Virus record (IMG/VR): IMGVR_UViG_3300023179_000086
Location: 1-64,000 of that record
Length of the DNA stretch: 64,000 nucleotides
Strand: one strand, 5' to 3'
From: a virus
The notes under the pieces: generated by a model
Told to the model about the DNA's origin: nothing
Databases searched by the model: none
Seen by the model: only the letters and a program-made list of their open reading frames with translations
Translations under genes and position numbers: made by a program
Shown: piece by piece, positions 39,344 through 49,875 of the stretch
Layout of the letters: each line of letters starts with the position of its first letter
Numbering within the stretch: position 1 is the first letter of the stretch

Positions 39344-40450
39344 ATGAGTAAAGAACAATATAATTTAACAACGAAAGTAGATTACCTAAATCGTAGAATG
39401 TTTTTGGATGGTGCAGTAACTGTACAACGTTTTGAAGAAGTTAAGTATCCTAAAATTGCAAAGTTTGAAGAAACTGCACGTGGATTTTTTTGGGTTCCCG
39501 AAGAAGTAACGTTGACTAAAGATAAAATTGATATGAAAGATGCTACTGAAGCAATCAAACACATATTTACTTCTAATTTACTTCGTCAAACTGCGCTTGA
39601 TAGCATACAAGGTCGTGCACCATCACAAGTTTTTATGCCTGTAGTAAGTTTACCTGAATTAGAAGCATTGGTTAATAATTGGTCATTCTTTGAAACTAAT
39701 ATTCATAGTAAAAGCTATAGTCATATAATTCGCAATATTTATGGTGTACCCAAAGATGTATTCAATACCATTCATGATACTCAAGAAATTATAGATATGG
39801 CATCTAGTGTAGGAAAATATTATGATGACTTACATAGATTGAATTCACTTAAAGAAATCGCTGATCCTACTAAAGAAACAGTTTTAGAACCTGTACATAT
39901 TAAAGCAATTTGGTTAGCATTAAACGCAAGTTATGCATTAGAAGCATTTAGATTTATGGTGTCATTTGCGACAAGTTTAGCTATGGTCGAGAATAAAATT
40001 TTTATTGGTAATGGTAATATTATTAGTTTGATATTGCAAGATGAATTGTTACATACTGAATGGACAGCATGGATTATTAATCAAGTTGTTAAAGATGATC
40101 CAAGATTTGCAGTAGCGAAAACAGAATGTGAACTTGAAGTTTATATAATGTATCAAGATGTTATACGTGAAGAAAAAGCATGGGCGGATTATCTTTTTAA
40201 GAAAGGACCTGTTATTGGATTGAATGCTGATATTTTAAAAGAGTTTGTTGACTACACTGCTTTTTTAAAGTTAAAAGATATTGGTATTAAATATCAAGAC
40301 GGTCATCCTAAGAGCAACCCAATTCCTTGGTTTAATAAACACTTAAACGTAAACAAGAAACAGGCTGCTCTACAAGAAACAGAAAGCACAAGTTATGTTA
40401 TTGGTGTAATGAGTGACAATGTTGAAAAGGAATTACTGCCTGACTTATAA
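39344..40450 (+). CDS. nrdB: ribonucleotide reductase class Ia beta subunit
   Basis: FFWVPEEV, DSIQGR, ETNIHSKSY, EAFRF, DELLH, QETE. Confidence 0.96.
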   Translation: MSKEQYNLTTKVDYLNRRMFLDGAVTVQRFEEVKYPKIAKFEETARGFFWVPEEVTLTKDKIDMKDATEAIKHIFTSNLLRQTALDSIQGRAPSQVFMPVVSLPELEALVNNWSFFETNIHSKSYSHIIRNIYGVPKDVFNTIHDTQEIIDMASSVGKYYDDLHRLNSLKEIADPTKETVLEPVHIKAIWLALNASYALEAFRFMVSFATSLAMVENKIFIGNGNIISLILQDELLHTEWTAWIINQVVKDDPRFAVAKTECELEVYIMYQDVIREEKAWADYLFKKGPVIGLNADILKEFVDYTAFLKLKDIGIKYQDGHPKSNPIPWFNKHLNVNKKQAALQETESTSYVIGVMSDNVEKELLPDL

Positions 40451-40457
40451 GGCATAT

Positions 40458-40856
40458 ATGGATTTAAAACTTGCTAAAAAAATAATTAATAGTATAAAGT
40501 GGAGTATGAACAGAAACAAAATAAGTCATAGACCTATTAAAAATATAACAATTACTCCACAGGATATAGTTGATATTTATAATAATCAAGATGGAAAATG
40601 TTATTGGACTAAAGTTATTTTAGACGAGCAATTTAATTATATACCATATCATCCACTTGCAATTAGTGCAGATAGAGTAGATAATAAAAAAGCTTATGAA
40701 AAAGAAAATATTGTTTTGACAATGAGAATATTAAATTTAGGTAGACGTGAATTTCCTGAAAAAGAATTTCCCAAAGTTATAGAACAATTAATGGAAAGTT
40801 TTGCTATAGAATATAAAATAAAAAAGGATAAGAATGAAAGCAATCGTATGGAGTAA
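40458..40856 (+). CDS. His-Me finger (HNH-like) endonuclease
   Basis: QDGKCYW...S.DRVD..KAY..ENIVL....N. Confidence 0.6.
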   Translation: MDLKLAKKIINSIKWSMNRNKISHRPIKNITITPQDIVDIYNNQDGKCYWTKVILDEQFNYIPYHPLAISADRVDNKKAYEKENIVLTMRILNLGRREFPEKEFPKVIEQLMESFAIEYKIKKDKNESNRME

Positions 40857-41055
40857 GTATCATTGTACATTTTGTGAACAAGCCAAAGCGTTATTGTCAC
40901 AAAAAGGTATTGAATTTGAAGAGCGTAAAATTGGTGATGGTTGGACTAAAGAAGATTTATTAAGTGCAGTTCCAACCGCCCGATCAGTGCCTATTGTATT
41001 CTTAGATGATGAATACATTGGTGGATTTGAACAACTTAAACAGAGGTTAATGTGA
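40834..41055 (+). CDS. glutaredoxin
   Basis: CTFC, SVP, IGGF. Confidence 0.92.
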   Translation: MKAIVWSKYHCTFCEQAKALLSQKGIEFEERKIGDGWTKEDLLSAVPTARSVPIVFLDDEYIGGFEQLKQRLM

Positions 41056-41360
41056 ATATTAAAATAAATGAGATTTATACATTTAAAATGAATAGTGGTG
41101 AAGAACTTGTCGCTAAAGTAGTGGAATTTGGTGAAAAAGACAATTACCTTATTATTAAAGATCCTGTGAGCATTGCTCCTGGGCCGCAGGGGATGGGTCT
41201 TATACCAAGTATGTTTACTGTTGACCATGACAAAAATATTATACTAAATACTAATAATGTAGTGTTACATGGCGTAACTGAAGATGCAATTAGGTCAAAA
41301 TACATTGAAGCAACTACAGGTATTGCCACACCAACACAAAAGAAAGTAATTTTAGGATAA
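41052..41360 (+). CDS. Sm-like small phage protein
   Basis: FKMNSGEELVAK pattern. Confidence 0.55.
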   Translation: MNIKINEIYTFKMNSGEELVAKVVEFGEKDNYLIIKDPVSIAPGPQGMGLIPSMFTVDHDKNIILNTNNVVLHGVTEDAIRSKYIEATTGIATPTQKKVILG

Positions 41361-41364
41361 TAAT

Positions 41365-41634
41365 ATGCCAGCATTAAGCAGAAAAGGTGACAAAAATCAA
41401 GAAGGTGGAGCGATTATTCGAGGTTCTGAGACTGTTTTCTGCAATGGTATACCTGTAGGGTTACACGTGAGTGATATTACTCCACATCCTACTGATGAAC
41501 GACATAAAAAAGCATTCACCACTTCTGCTAGTTCAACAGTAATATGTGAAGGATCTGCTGTACTTAAAGTAGGTAGTGGTAATAGTTGCGGTCATAGTAT
41601 TATACAAGGTTCTAGTAACGTTTTTGTACCATGA
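41365..41634 (+). CDS. PAAR spike-tip protein
   Basis: R.GD, GSETVF.NG, CGH.I..GSSNVF. Confidence 0.88.
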   Translation: MPALSRKGDKNQEGGAIIRGSETVFCNGIPVGLHVSDITPHPTDERHKKAFTTSASSTVICEGSAVLKVGSGNSCGHSIIQGSSNVFVP

Positions 41635-44360
41635 GTTATACAGGTAAGTTTACACCATTACAACTTAATGTTTTAAGTGGTTTGTTAAATAATGAGGGTT
41701 TAAATATAAATCCTACAGTGAGTGGTTTTCAAGGTGTATACGATCCTACCACTATTAACGTTTATACCCCAGGCTCTTTAGTCTCATCAACTGTTTTAAA
41801 AGATTTAACAGCAGCTTTGCCATTATTATATAGTGTTGTTCAATATACCACATTTCGTGGGTTACTAAATATTGGAAGTACTACAATTCCTGCTTTAGGT
41901 AATAGTAGACCTGCTGACTTTATAAGAACTTATCCTGGTCCCTCTGATCCATTCCCTCCACAAGAACCATTAGTATATCCACAATATCCTAGTCCAACTT
42001 CGTCACCATGGAGTGCAACTGCTAATATAGATAATTACGCTTGGTTAACGGGTTGGACTAAAGATGATTATACATATGCAACTATTTTTAATCCTAACGC
42101 ATATAGTGAGGCAGATAATTATTTTCAATATGGTTACATTGCTTGTCACGCTAGAGAAGCATATTATGAATTTTGGAATTTAAAAACAGAAGCAAGACCT
42201 AATCATTATTTAAGATTATGCAGAAGTATTGGTCAGCATAAAAGTTGGAGGGATATGACCAACCAAACAATTGCAAGTTTTAAAAATACAAAAGGATTTT
42301 TAGATGGTTCATACTCAAATATAAATGATTTAACAACATCTGATTTAGCAGGAGTTAGCTTAGCTTTTAAAGCATTTGGTAATGATTTAATTGCCTTAGG
42401 TAATACTATAAATTTAGCTGATATTGAATATTTTGGGCAAGCAGATAAGTTACTATTACAACTTCAAGCTACTAATGCAATTACAAACTCATTGAAATTA
42501 GCTCTATTAACACAAGGATTGTCAACGGAAGAAATTAATAATATATTAATTAGTAAAATTCCAGCAACCTTTACACAAATGAAACAAATTTATGATGCTT
42601 TTTTACTAATTCAGAATACAGATTTAGATGAAATTAAAATAATTACTAATTGTCAAACTAAAAATTTGACATCACTAGCTGATTTATTAAATGTTAAAAA
42701 AATGTTTCCAAATTCTTATGGTAGTATAACAGTACCAAGATGGAGTTTAGACACAATTTCAGTTAAAATTTATGATTTTATTTATGTTGATGGTGGTGTT
42801 AATACACGAATTATTGATCATAGTGAATATTTAGGTGGTTCATTACCGCCTGAAATTGCAATTCCCGCTGCATCATTTGCTTATACATTACAACAAATAA
42901 GATATTTAAAGCAAATGAATTTTGAAAGATTTGCTCAATCTGTATCACAACTTGAAATAACAAATCGAAATTTACCTTTAATTAATAATAATGAAGGAGT
43001 ACCTGGATCAAAGATTGCAGCAGACGATGCACTTTATTTGACTGCTTTAGGTAGCGGAAATAGTGGTACTTATACCATGATTGATTTTATTGGTAGTATT
43101 AGTGGTGATCAATATAATGTATTATATGCTAATATTATTCCATTAATTAGAGAATTACAAACATCACTTTTATTTCAGATTTACAAAAACATTTATGATA
43201 TGGCGATAAGTACGTTTAATTATGGATTAATATTCAATCGTACAACAAGAAATGATCTACCATTTCCTAATCCTCCATATCCTCCTCAACCCGCAGGATC
43301 AACATCATTAGAAATGTCATCAGTTTTGGGGTTAGTTAAAAATCAATATGTATATGGTGTTGGTATTATTACCGACACAAGAATTACTAATATTAGTGGC
43401 AACATTATTAGTTTAAGTAATGCTACAACTGCTCCTTTATCATCAAATACAAGTTTACAGTTTAGAAATGAACCAGGTATTATCTACGAAACTAATCGAG
43501 CTAATGTTGAAATTACAAACATTACAACTTATGCGGGTGATCGAATGCAATTGTTAAATTTTTTGTGGAATTCTATAGGAAACTTATTAAGTTTACAGCA
43601 GCGTGCCATTGTTTTTAGTGCACCAAGCCCACAACAAATTACTCAAGGAACAAACCGAAGTGACTTTTATGAATTTGTTAGATCTTTACCAAATTGGGCT
43701 ACAGAAACTGAGTACAAAGAAATCGCTAGATCAATTGAAAACATTGCCAATTTAAATACGTTAGCAGGACAAAGTATAGTTGGTGTTATGCGTGAAGCAC
43801 GAAATGCATCAAGACTTTCTCAAGTTGGGGGTGTTTTATATAACGATGTAGATGATTTTCTAGTAACGCAAACGGCTAGTGCTAAAGCTGTAGTTACAGA
43901 CGGTAAAGTAACAAGTGTTTCTCTAATTAATAACGGAAGCGGATATGATATTACGAACCCACCAAAAATATATATTAATGGAATATTACCACCAAATGGT
44001 ATAGCTCCAATTCTAGAACCTGTATTGACCGAAATTGGTTTGCCATTAAACAATCCATCTATTTCAGGTAGTGGTGGTTTGCAAAATCCTGCTGCAACAA
44101 TAACAGCTATAAACATAGTGAACCCAGGATCAAATCTTCCTAATACAAATCCCGATGGTAGTGGGGGTATTGACATTGTTATTCAAAACCCTCCCGAACC
44201 TACCAAAGAAGGATTTCCCACCACTCCAGGCGTTATTCCCAATTATGATGTGATAAATACTATACCACCTGAATTAGTTAGTCCACCATCTTCAAGTTAT
44301 ACTGTTGAGGAGGCAATAGAAGATGTGACTATATGTAACTGTGAATGTTGGCTTGTTTGA
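41631..44360 (+). CDS. large virion (baseplate/tail) protein
   Basis: 909 aa after PAAR; V.L.N.GSGY..PP.I.I repeats near the C-terminus. Confidence 0.6.
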   Translation: MSYTGKFTPLQLNVLSGLLNNEGLNINPTVSGFQGVYDPTTINVYTPGSLVSSTVLKDLTAALPLLYSVVQYTTFRGLLNIGSTTIPALGNSRPADFIRTYPGPSDPFPPQEPLVYPQYPSPTSSPWSATANIDNYAWLTGWTKDDYTYATIFNPNAYSEADNYFQYGYIACHAREAYYEFWNLKTEARPNHYLRLCRSIGQHKSWRDMTNQTIASFKNTKGFLDGSYSNINDLTTSDLAGVSLAFKAFGNDLIALGNTINLADIEYFGQADKLLLQLQATNAITNSLKLALLTQGLSTEEINNILISKIPATFTQMKQIYDAFLLIQNTDLDEIKIITNCQTKNLTSLADLLNVKKMFPNSYGSITVPRWSLDTISVKIYDFIYVDGGVNTRIIDHSEYLGGSLPPEIAIPAASFAYTLQQIRYLKQMNFERFAQSVSQLEITNRNLPLINNNEGVPGSKIAADDALYLTALGSGNSGTYTMIDFIGSISGDQYNVLYANIIPLIRELQTSLLFQIYKNIYDMAISTFNYGLIFNRTTRNDLPFPNPPYPPQPAGSTSLEMSSVLGLVKNQYVYGVGIITDTRITNISGNIISLSNATTAPLSSNTSLQFRNEPGIIYETNRANVEITNITTYAGDRMQLLNFLWNSIGNLLSLQQRAIVFSAPSPQQITQGTNRSDFYEFVRSLPNWATETEYKEIARSIENIANLNTLAGQSIVGVMREARNASRLSQVGGVLYNDVDDFLVTQTASAKAVVTDGKVTSVSLINNGSGYDITNPPKIYINGILPPNGIAPILEPVLTEIGLPLNNPSISGSGGLQNPAATITAINIVNPGSNLPNTNPDGSGGIDIVIQNPPEPTKEGFPTTPGVIPNYDVINTIPPELVSPPSSSYTVEEAIEDVTICNCECWLV

Positions 44361-44421
44361 CATTTATGTTATAATCATAGAAAATCTATAGTAAGATTTT
44401 CAGTAAGAAAGGAGTTAATAA

Positions 44422-45069
44422 ATGCTTATATTAAGCAATATAAGACTAATTTCCTTATTGATACCGTTGGCACTAGCTTTACAGTTGTATCAACCGAAAT
44501 TATTCAATAGTAAAATTGGAAATGATTCGTTAGAGTATGTTGCAGAAGAAATTTCTACTAGCGTAAAAGAAGTGTCTAACGTCGTTAAAAATAATCCCAT
44601 AATAAAAACTATCACACAAGATCAAATACGTTGTTTAGCTACCAATATATATTATGAGGCAGGCAATGAACCTTATCAGGGTAAGGTGGCTGTTGCACGT
44701 GTTGTTATTAATCGTGTATTACATGGTTATGGTAGCACACCATGTAATGTAGTTTATGCTCAACATAATATACCTGATCCTAAGCAACCTGCAATCTATA
44801 AAAAATTGTGTCAATTTAGTTGGGTATGTCAGGGTAAAGTTACACCTAACATTAATAGCAATTCATATAAAAAAGCAGAAGAAATTGCTCGTAAAGTATT
44901 AATTGAAAACTATGGACATGATTTACTTCCAAATAATGTTCTTTATTTTCATGCAACTTACGTTAATCCACAATGGACTTACCGTAAGTTAAAACGTATT
45001 GGCAATCATATTTTTTATACTAAAGGTAAAGAAAAACCAACTGAAATTAACGATACTAAGGAAATATAA
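44422..45069 (+). CDS. SleB/Hydrolase_2 cell-wall hydrolase
   Basis: CLATNIYYEAGNE, AVA.V..NRV, CQFSW, LYFHATYV.P.W, IGNHIFY. Confidence 0.92.
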   Translation: MLILSNIRLISLLIPLALALQLYQPKLFNSKIGNDSLEYVAEEISTSVKEVSNVVKNNPIIKTITQDQIRCLATNIYYEAGNEPYQGKVAVARVVINRVLHGYGSTPCNVVYAQHNIPDPKQPAIYKKLCQFSWVCQGKVTPNINSNSYKKAEEIARKVLIENYGHDLLPNNVLYFHATYVNPQWTYRKLKRIGNHIFYTKGKEKPTEINDTKEI

Positions 45070-45070
45070 T

Positions 45071-45301
45071 ATGAAAGATTATAATAAAAACTTCCTTATA
45101 GGACTATTAGGTTTAACTTTTTTTGTTTTGATATTAATTGGTTCACCGTTGGCACTAATTTGGGCATGGAACACATTATTTTTTAAATTACATTTTATTG
45201 AATTTTCATTTGAAAATTGGGTAGCAGTATCTATTTTTATGTGGGCTTTTGGTTTGTTAAAACTTGACTTTACAAATTTAAATAATAAAAATGGACATTA
45301 A
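45071..45301 (+). CDS. small membrane protein
   Basis: Two hydrophobic segments; IWAWNTLF. Confidence 0.6.
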   Translation: MKDYNKNFLIGLLGLTFFVLILIGSPLALIWAWNTLFFKLHFIEFSFENWVAVSIFMWAFGLLKLDFTNLNNKNGH

Positions 45302-45686
45302 AAATAAACCTAATCTAGAATTTGACATTATACGCACACCTTGGATGGTTGAAAAAATACAAAACAGCAAGGTGTATGCCCAAAATTTGTACGCAGCAAT
45401 ATGTAATAATCGTTTTTTTAAATTAGATGATTCTTTTGCCATCATTAAAGATGAACAAAATTGGTCAGCATCTTGGAGATATGCAGGACAAATTGTTTCA
45501 AACTTAAGGATAGGAGAAGATTACCTTGATTATTATTGCAGTGGTATACATTGGCTAGATAATCATTCTAATATTTCATCTGCCTATACTACAGCAGTTA
45601 GTGGATTTGTTGAAGAAAGTATGGTAACCGATGAAATAAGAGATGATTTATTAAAATTAGGATGGATGGTAAAATCATATGATTAA
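45291..45686 (+). CDS. hypothetical phage protein
   Basis: YAQNLYAAICNN, SWRYAG, DYLDYYCSG motifs. Confidence 0.7.
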   Translation: MDIKNKPNLEFDIIRTPWMVEKIQNSKVYAQNLYAAICNNRFFKLDDSFAIIKDEQNWSASWRYAGQIVSNLRIGEDYLDYYCSGIHWLDNHSNISSAYTTAVSGFVEESMVTDEIRDDLLKLGWMVKSYD

Positions 45687-46591
45687 AATAAATCATTATA
45701 GTTTGTTGTACTTCCAATAATATTTCCAATTATATTTCCCCAAGATATTGAATTTTTAGTTTCGGGTAAAATATAAGATATAATTTTGTGTTTTTCATGA
45801 TTAAATATATAACTTGGCAAATTATCCCACCCATAACTTCTTGTTCTTAATTCAAATTTACCTAATCCTAAACTATTATAAATTTTTTGTTTCAGTACAG
45901 GAACTAGTGCATGCCCATTAAAATTATTAAAAAAATTATCTTTATGTGCATTTAAAAGTATAGAAACACTGTCTATACTATTACCTAACATGTTTCCAAT
46001 CCCATTTATACTCTTTTCTTTCATATATAAATCATAACATTGATAATCATATTTAAATGGACTTAATAAAGGTTTAGTAATCCAAGGCCATGGATAATCT
46101 CCTCCCAATATTGGATATGTATGACACTTTTCTATTAACCAAAAATGACTAGCCACATGAAATTGGTTAATTTTATATATTTTTAAATAATTTAGATATT
46201 GAAAATTATTAAAAAACTTTTCAATATCTAAATCAAAAAAATATTGTTTTAAATGGTTTTCCCTACAAAATTTTTCACTATAATACAAATCAACTATATT
46301 AATAGGATATCCATTTTTTATTAAACGAAGTGTAATTACACTAGTTGGTATTTTTTGTGTAATTAAAAACTTTAACACTAGTTCACTATCAAGTCCTCCA
46401 CTATATAATAATTCACAAGTTCCTCTATAGTCGCCTAAGTTTTTGTAAAATGCTTCAGTAATATTTTTAGATGTTATTTCTTGATCACGGATCTCGCAAT
46501 GATAAGTTGCTGAATGAGTTGAGTTATAGTAATTGTGTGTATGTTTACAAAATTCTCCAATACCACTAAACCAAATATTATTAGTATCCAT
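45683..46591 (-). CDS. PP-loop ATPase (asparagine-synthetase/AANH-like)
   Basis: LLYSGGLDSE; start reassigned to ATG 46591 to avoid overlap with the divergent gene. Confidence 0.8.
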   Translation of the reverse strand: MDTNNIWFSGIGEFCKHTHNYYNSTHSATYHCEIRDQEITSKNITEAFYKNLGDYRGTCELLYSGGLDSELVLKFLITQKIPTSVITLRLIKNGYPINIVDLYYSEKFCRENHLKQYFFDLDIEKFFNNFQYLNYLKIYKINQFHVASHFWLIEKCHTYPILGGDYPWPWITKPLLSPFKYDYQCYDLYMKEKSINGIGNMLGNSIDSVSILLNAHKDNFFNNFNGHALVPVLKQKIYNSLGLGKFELRTRSYGWDNLPSYIFNHEKHKIISYILPETKNSISWGNIIGNIIGSTTNYNDLF

Positions 46592-46610
46592 AAAATTAAT
46601 AAATATCTTA

Positions 46611-47222
46611 ATGATTATATTTACTCCAATTAATTTGCCTATAGTAAAACCTGATAGTTGGGATATATTTTGGAATATTTGGAATAAACACAGTCGAATA
46701 TTAGTTAAAGAAAAAATTAATACTAAAACTACCCCTGCATTAGTAGGAACTAAAAATGTTTGGATTGGTTTAGATATTTTTAAAAAATTTGACATTCCTT
46801 TAGTATATTCAGCACCTTATTTTGATATAAAAGATTCTTTACCAAACCTATTTGAGTCATTAAATAATTTATGCACTAATTTACATACTATAAGATTAGT
46901 TCAAAGTATTACGGATTTTGTGGCACATACGGATGATGACTTAGATAAATGGAGTTTAAGAGCTTTTTTTCATGGGGAAAATGTTTCAGAACAATGGTAC
47001 TTTACAAAACCATACGATAGAAATGGGCAAAGATATTATATTGAAATGCCAAACGACACTAATTGGTTTATGTATAATGACAAATATTGTTGGCATGGGA
47101 CAGATTTTGATTCTACCCGAAAAAAAATAATACTTCAAGTATTTTGTTTTGGATCACCTAATGTTGATTATTTGACTTCAAGCATAGAAAAATATAAATT
47201 ATATACTATAAAATTTTTATGA
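46611..47222 (+). CDS. 2OG-Fe(II)/cupin-fold oxygenase
   Basis: AHTD...WHGT...K facial-triad pattern; ATAAATA at 46599-46605. Confidence 0.65.
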   Translation: MIIFTPINLPIVKPDSWDIFWNIWNKHSRILVKEKINTKTTPALVGTKNVWIGLDIFKKFDIPLVYSAPYFDIKDSLPNLFESLNNLCTNLHTIRLVQSITDFVAHTDDDLDKWSLRAFFHGENVSEQWYFTKPYDRNGQRYYIEMPNDTNWFMYNDKYCWHGTDFDSTRKKIILQVFCFGSPNVDYLTSSIEKYKLYTIKFL

Positions 47223-47977
47223 TTGTTGGATCTACTTCTACAAATATAGCTATTATTACAACATGCTCCGCAGTATTGTCAATATTAGGTTTTTTCCACT
47301 TTAATTTTACTATTAGTAATTGTTTAATTTTTATTTTAAGTTTTTACGTTTTAAATATTTTAGGTAATTGGTTAATGTTACATCGTTACTATTCTCATAA
47401 ATCTTTTGAATTTAAATACGATTTTATAAGAATAATTTTAACATTTTTCACTATTTTAAGTGCAAGAGGAAGTCCTATAGGTTGGGCATATATTCATAGG
47501 AAACACCATAGATTTAGTGATACAGAAAAAGATCCTCATAGTCCCCTACATTTAGGATTAAAATTGTTTGGTTTTCAACATTATAAAAGTATGGAATCAC
47601 AAAACATGGAACTATTTTTAGTTAAAGATTTAATGAATAAAGAACAAATTTTTATACATAAGTATTATGTATTGTTATTATTATTTTGTATTATACCTAT
47701 TAGCCTTTATAGTGTGGAATTATTTTATTTTTTATGGATACTACCAATTACCATTGTTCATTTAAGTCAAAATTTGTTTAATTATTTTGGACATACGTAT
47801 GGTTATAAAAATCATATTACTAACGATAATAGTAAAAACAATTTGTGGTTGTTTCCTTTACTATTAGGTGAAGCTTGGCATAATAATCACCATTATAATC
47901 CAAAATTAAATACAACAAAATTTTTAAAATATGAGTTTGATCCATTAAATATTTTTATACGGTTAGTAAAAAAATGA
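47219..47977 (+). CDS. membrane acyl desaturase (delta-9/OLE1-like) #1, type A
   Basis: His boxes HRYYSH, HRKHH, HNNHH; TM helices. Confidence 0.92.
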   Translation: MIVGSTSTNIAIITTCSAVLSILGFFHFNFTISNCLIFILSFYVLNILGNWLMLHRYYSHKSFEFKYDFIRIILTFFTILSARGSPIGWAYIHRKHHRFSDTEKDPHSPLHLGLKLFGFQHYKSMESQNMELFLVKDLMNKEQIFIHKYYVLLLLFCIIPISLYSVELFYFLWILPITIVHLSQNLFNYFGHTYGYKNHITNDNSKNNLWLFPLLLGEAWHNNHHYNPKLNTTKFLKYEFDPLNIFIRLVKK

Positions 47978-48489
47978 AAGAGTCTGATTTTTTTATAAAA
48001 TTAAATACAATGTCTAATATTACTGAAAATATTTTAAAAATAGTAAAATCATCTGATAATTCAATGTGGAAAGAATTATTTGGACTAACTATTTTTACTT
48101 TAGATATAGATCATTTTAAAAATGATAAAGAAATCTTTCAAGCTATTCAACATTTAGATTGTAAAACTAGGTTAAGCATTTTTAGAACTAATCCAAATAC
48201 TTGTTATGATTGGCATTTTGATAAAATAAGACATTCAGCTATAAACATGTTAATTGATGGATTTGATAGTTTTTGTGCATTTGGAGAATATTCTCTAGGA
48301 AATACGTATAAAAATATTTATAAATTACAATATGAACCAAATTATTACTATTTAATTAATGTAAAAAAAACACATTGTGTTTTTAATTTTTCCAATAATA
48401 TGAGATATATTTTAAGTATTGGGATCCCAAATACAACTTATGAGGATTCAGTAAATTATTTTGTTGAAAAAAAACTAATTACTTTATGA
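47974..48489 (+). CDS. 2OG-Fe(II)/cupin-fold oxygenase
   Basis: WHFD...THCVFN...R. Confidence 0.7.
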   Translation: MKESDFFIKLNTMSNITENILKIVKSSDNSMWKELFGLTIFTLDIDHFKNDKEIFQAIQHLDCKTRLSIFRTNPNTCYDWHFDKIRHSAINMLIDGFDSFCAFGEYSLGNTYKNIYKLQYEPNYYYLINVKKTHCVFNFSNNMRYILSIGIPNTTYEDSVNYFVEKKLITL

Positions 48490-49070
48490 AAACTAGACAA
48501 TTATTAGGACCTGAAGACTTTGACAAGTTTAAATTATTATTAACATGTCATAAGAAAATTGGCGGCACACAAGCATTAAATATAGAAAGTTATGAATTAA
48601 TATATAGTAAATATTTTGACTTTAATGAAAACTATAAAATTTTTGGTTATTTTGAAAATAATATTTTAATTAGTTCAATAAGTTTAGCCTATAGAAATAA
48701 CAACACTAGGGGACGATATTGGATGATCTCAGGCTTATTTACTACTAAAAAATATAATATATTCTCTTTTAACAATCCTGAAATTGGATTATTAATTAAA
48801 AAAGCATTTGATATTGCGGAAGAAAATGCATACTATGAATACTATTATTGTATATCTGCACAAGTATCACGTGTATACGAAAGACAAATTGACAAAAATA
48901 ATTATATACCATTACAAAGATATGATAGAATTTCTCTAGATATTGTCCCAAAAAATACTGTACCATCTATAGACCTCTATTTTAAATTAATGGGCGGTAA
49001 AACAAAACCTCATGATATTATAATTAAAAAAAGAGTTTTACAAGAACAATTTCGTAAAAAAATTATTTAA
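48486..49070 (+). CDS. GNAT-like protein
   Basis: GNAT-type pattern (IFGYFEN..LI..I); resembles ORF 53380-54003. Confidence 0.5.
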   Translation: MKTRQLLGPEDFDKFKLLLTCHKKIGGTQALNIESYELIYSKYFDFNENYKIFGYFENNILISSISLAYRNNNTRGRYWMISGLFTTKKYNIFSFNNPEIGLLIKKAFDIAEENAYYEYYYCISAQVSRVYERQIDKNNYIPLQRYDRISLDIVPKNTVPSIDLYFKLMGGKTKPHDIIIKKRVLQEQFRKKII

Positions 49071-49092
49071 TTTAGTAACAATAAATATTAAT

Positions 49093-49869
49093 ATGAAAAA
49101 CTTTTTTGCAAGCAGCACATTGGGTGCACAGATTTTTTTTGTAATTTCTTTAGTAAGTATTTTTTTTGCTACAATACTTTATGGATTTACAATAAAAGAA
49201 CTAGGATTAATAATCTTGGGTTATTTTTTGTATGGCTGTTTAGGAGTGGTAATTACCTTTCATCGATATCTAACTCATAATAGTTTTAAGACACATTCAT
49301 TTATTGTTAAATTATTTTCTATTTTAGGGTGTTTTTCGGGTACAGGAAGTCCTTTAGCGTGGGTGGCAATACATATAAATCATCATCTTAAAAGTGATAA
49401 ACCTGATGACCCACATAGCCCATATTATAGGGGATTTAAAATTTTCACTTTGGATTATGTTGATAATGTTAACATAGATACAAAATGGCGTATGCGCTCT
49501 CTAGTAAAAGATAAATTTCAACAGTTTTTACATCGTTATTATTTTTTAATAAATTTAATTTATAGTATAGTATTGTTTATGTTGGGTGGGATGTACCTAG
49601 TTATATTTTTTCATTGGGCACCTGCAGCACTCACAGCAATTATGAGTAATGTAGTTAATTATTTCGGACACAAACCCAATTGGCTTGGGAGTTTTAGAAC
49701 ATATAATATTAATGATCAAAGCGTAAATAGTTGGTTGTGGGCTATACCAAGTTGGGGAGAAGCATGGCATAATAATCATCATCGATTTCCTAAACGTAGT
49801 TATTTTGGAGAAAAATGGTATCAAGTAGATATATCAGGATTTTTAATTAAACTTATATCAATAAAATAA
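49093..49869 (+). CDS. membrane acyl desaturase #2, type B
   Basis: HRYLTH, HINHH, HNNHH; ATAAATA at 49081-87. Confidence 0.92.
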   Translation: MKNFFASSTLGAQIFFVISLVSIFFATILYGFTIKELGLIILGYFLYGCLGVVITFHRYLTHNSFKTHSFIVKLFSILGCFSGTGSPLAWVAIHINHHLKSDKPDDPHSPYYRGFKIFTLDYVDNVNIDTKWRMRSLVKDKFQQFLHRYYFLINLIYSIVLFMLGGMYLVIFFHWAPAALTAIMSNVVNYFGHKPNWLGSFRTYNINDQSVNSWLWAIPSWGEAWHNNHHRFPKRSYFGEKWYQVDISGFLIKLISIK

Positions 49870-49875
49870 ACTTTT

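Noticed and set aside
1358-40450. Introns or inteins in polB, helicase, nrdA or nrdB
   Set aside because: All are continuous, of normal length, and show no splicing motifs.
2022-44176. Many short antisense or alternate-frame ORFs inside long genes (e.g. 2022-2336, 3370-3630, 34416-34724, 43820-44176)
   Set aside because: Shadow ORFs of well-supported genes, with no RBS or motifs.
46533-46795. Apparent 260-bp antisense overlap between ORFs 45683-46795 (-) and 46533-47222 (+)
   Set aside because: Artefact of longest-ORF calling; ATGs at 46591 (-) and 46611 (+) give a clean divergent pair with a 19-bp gap.
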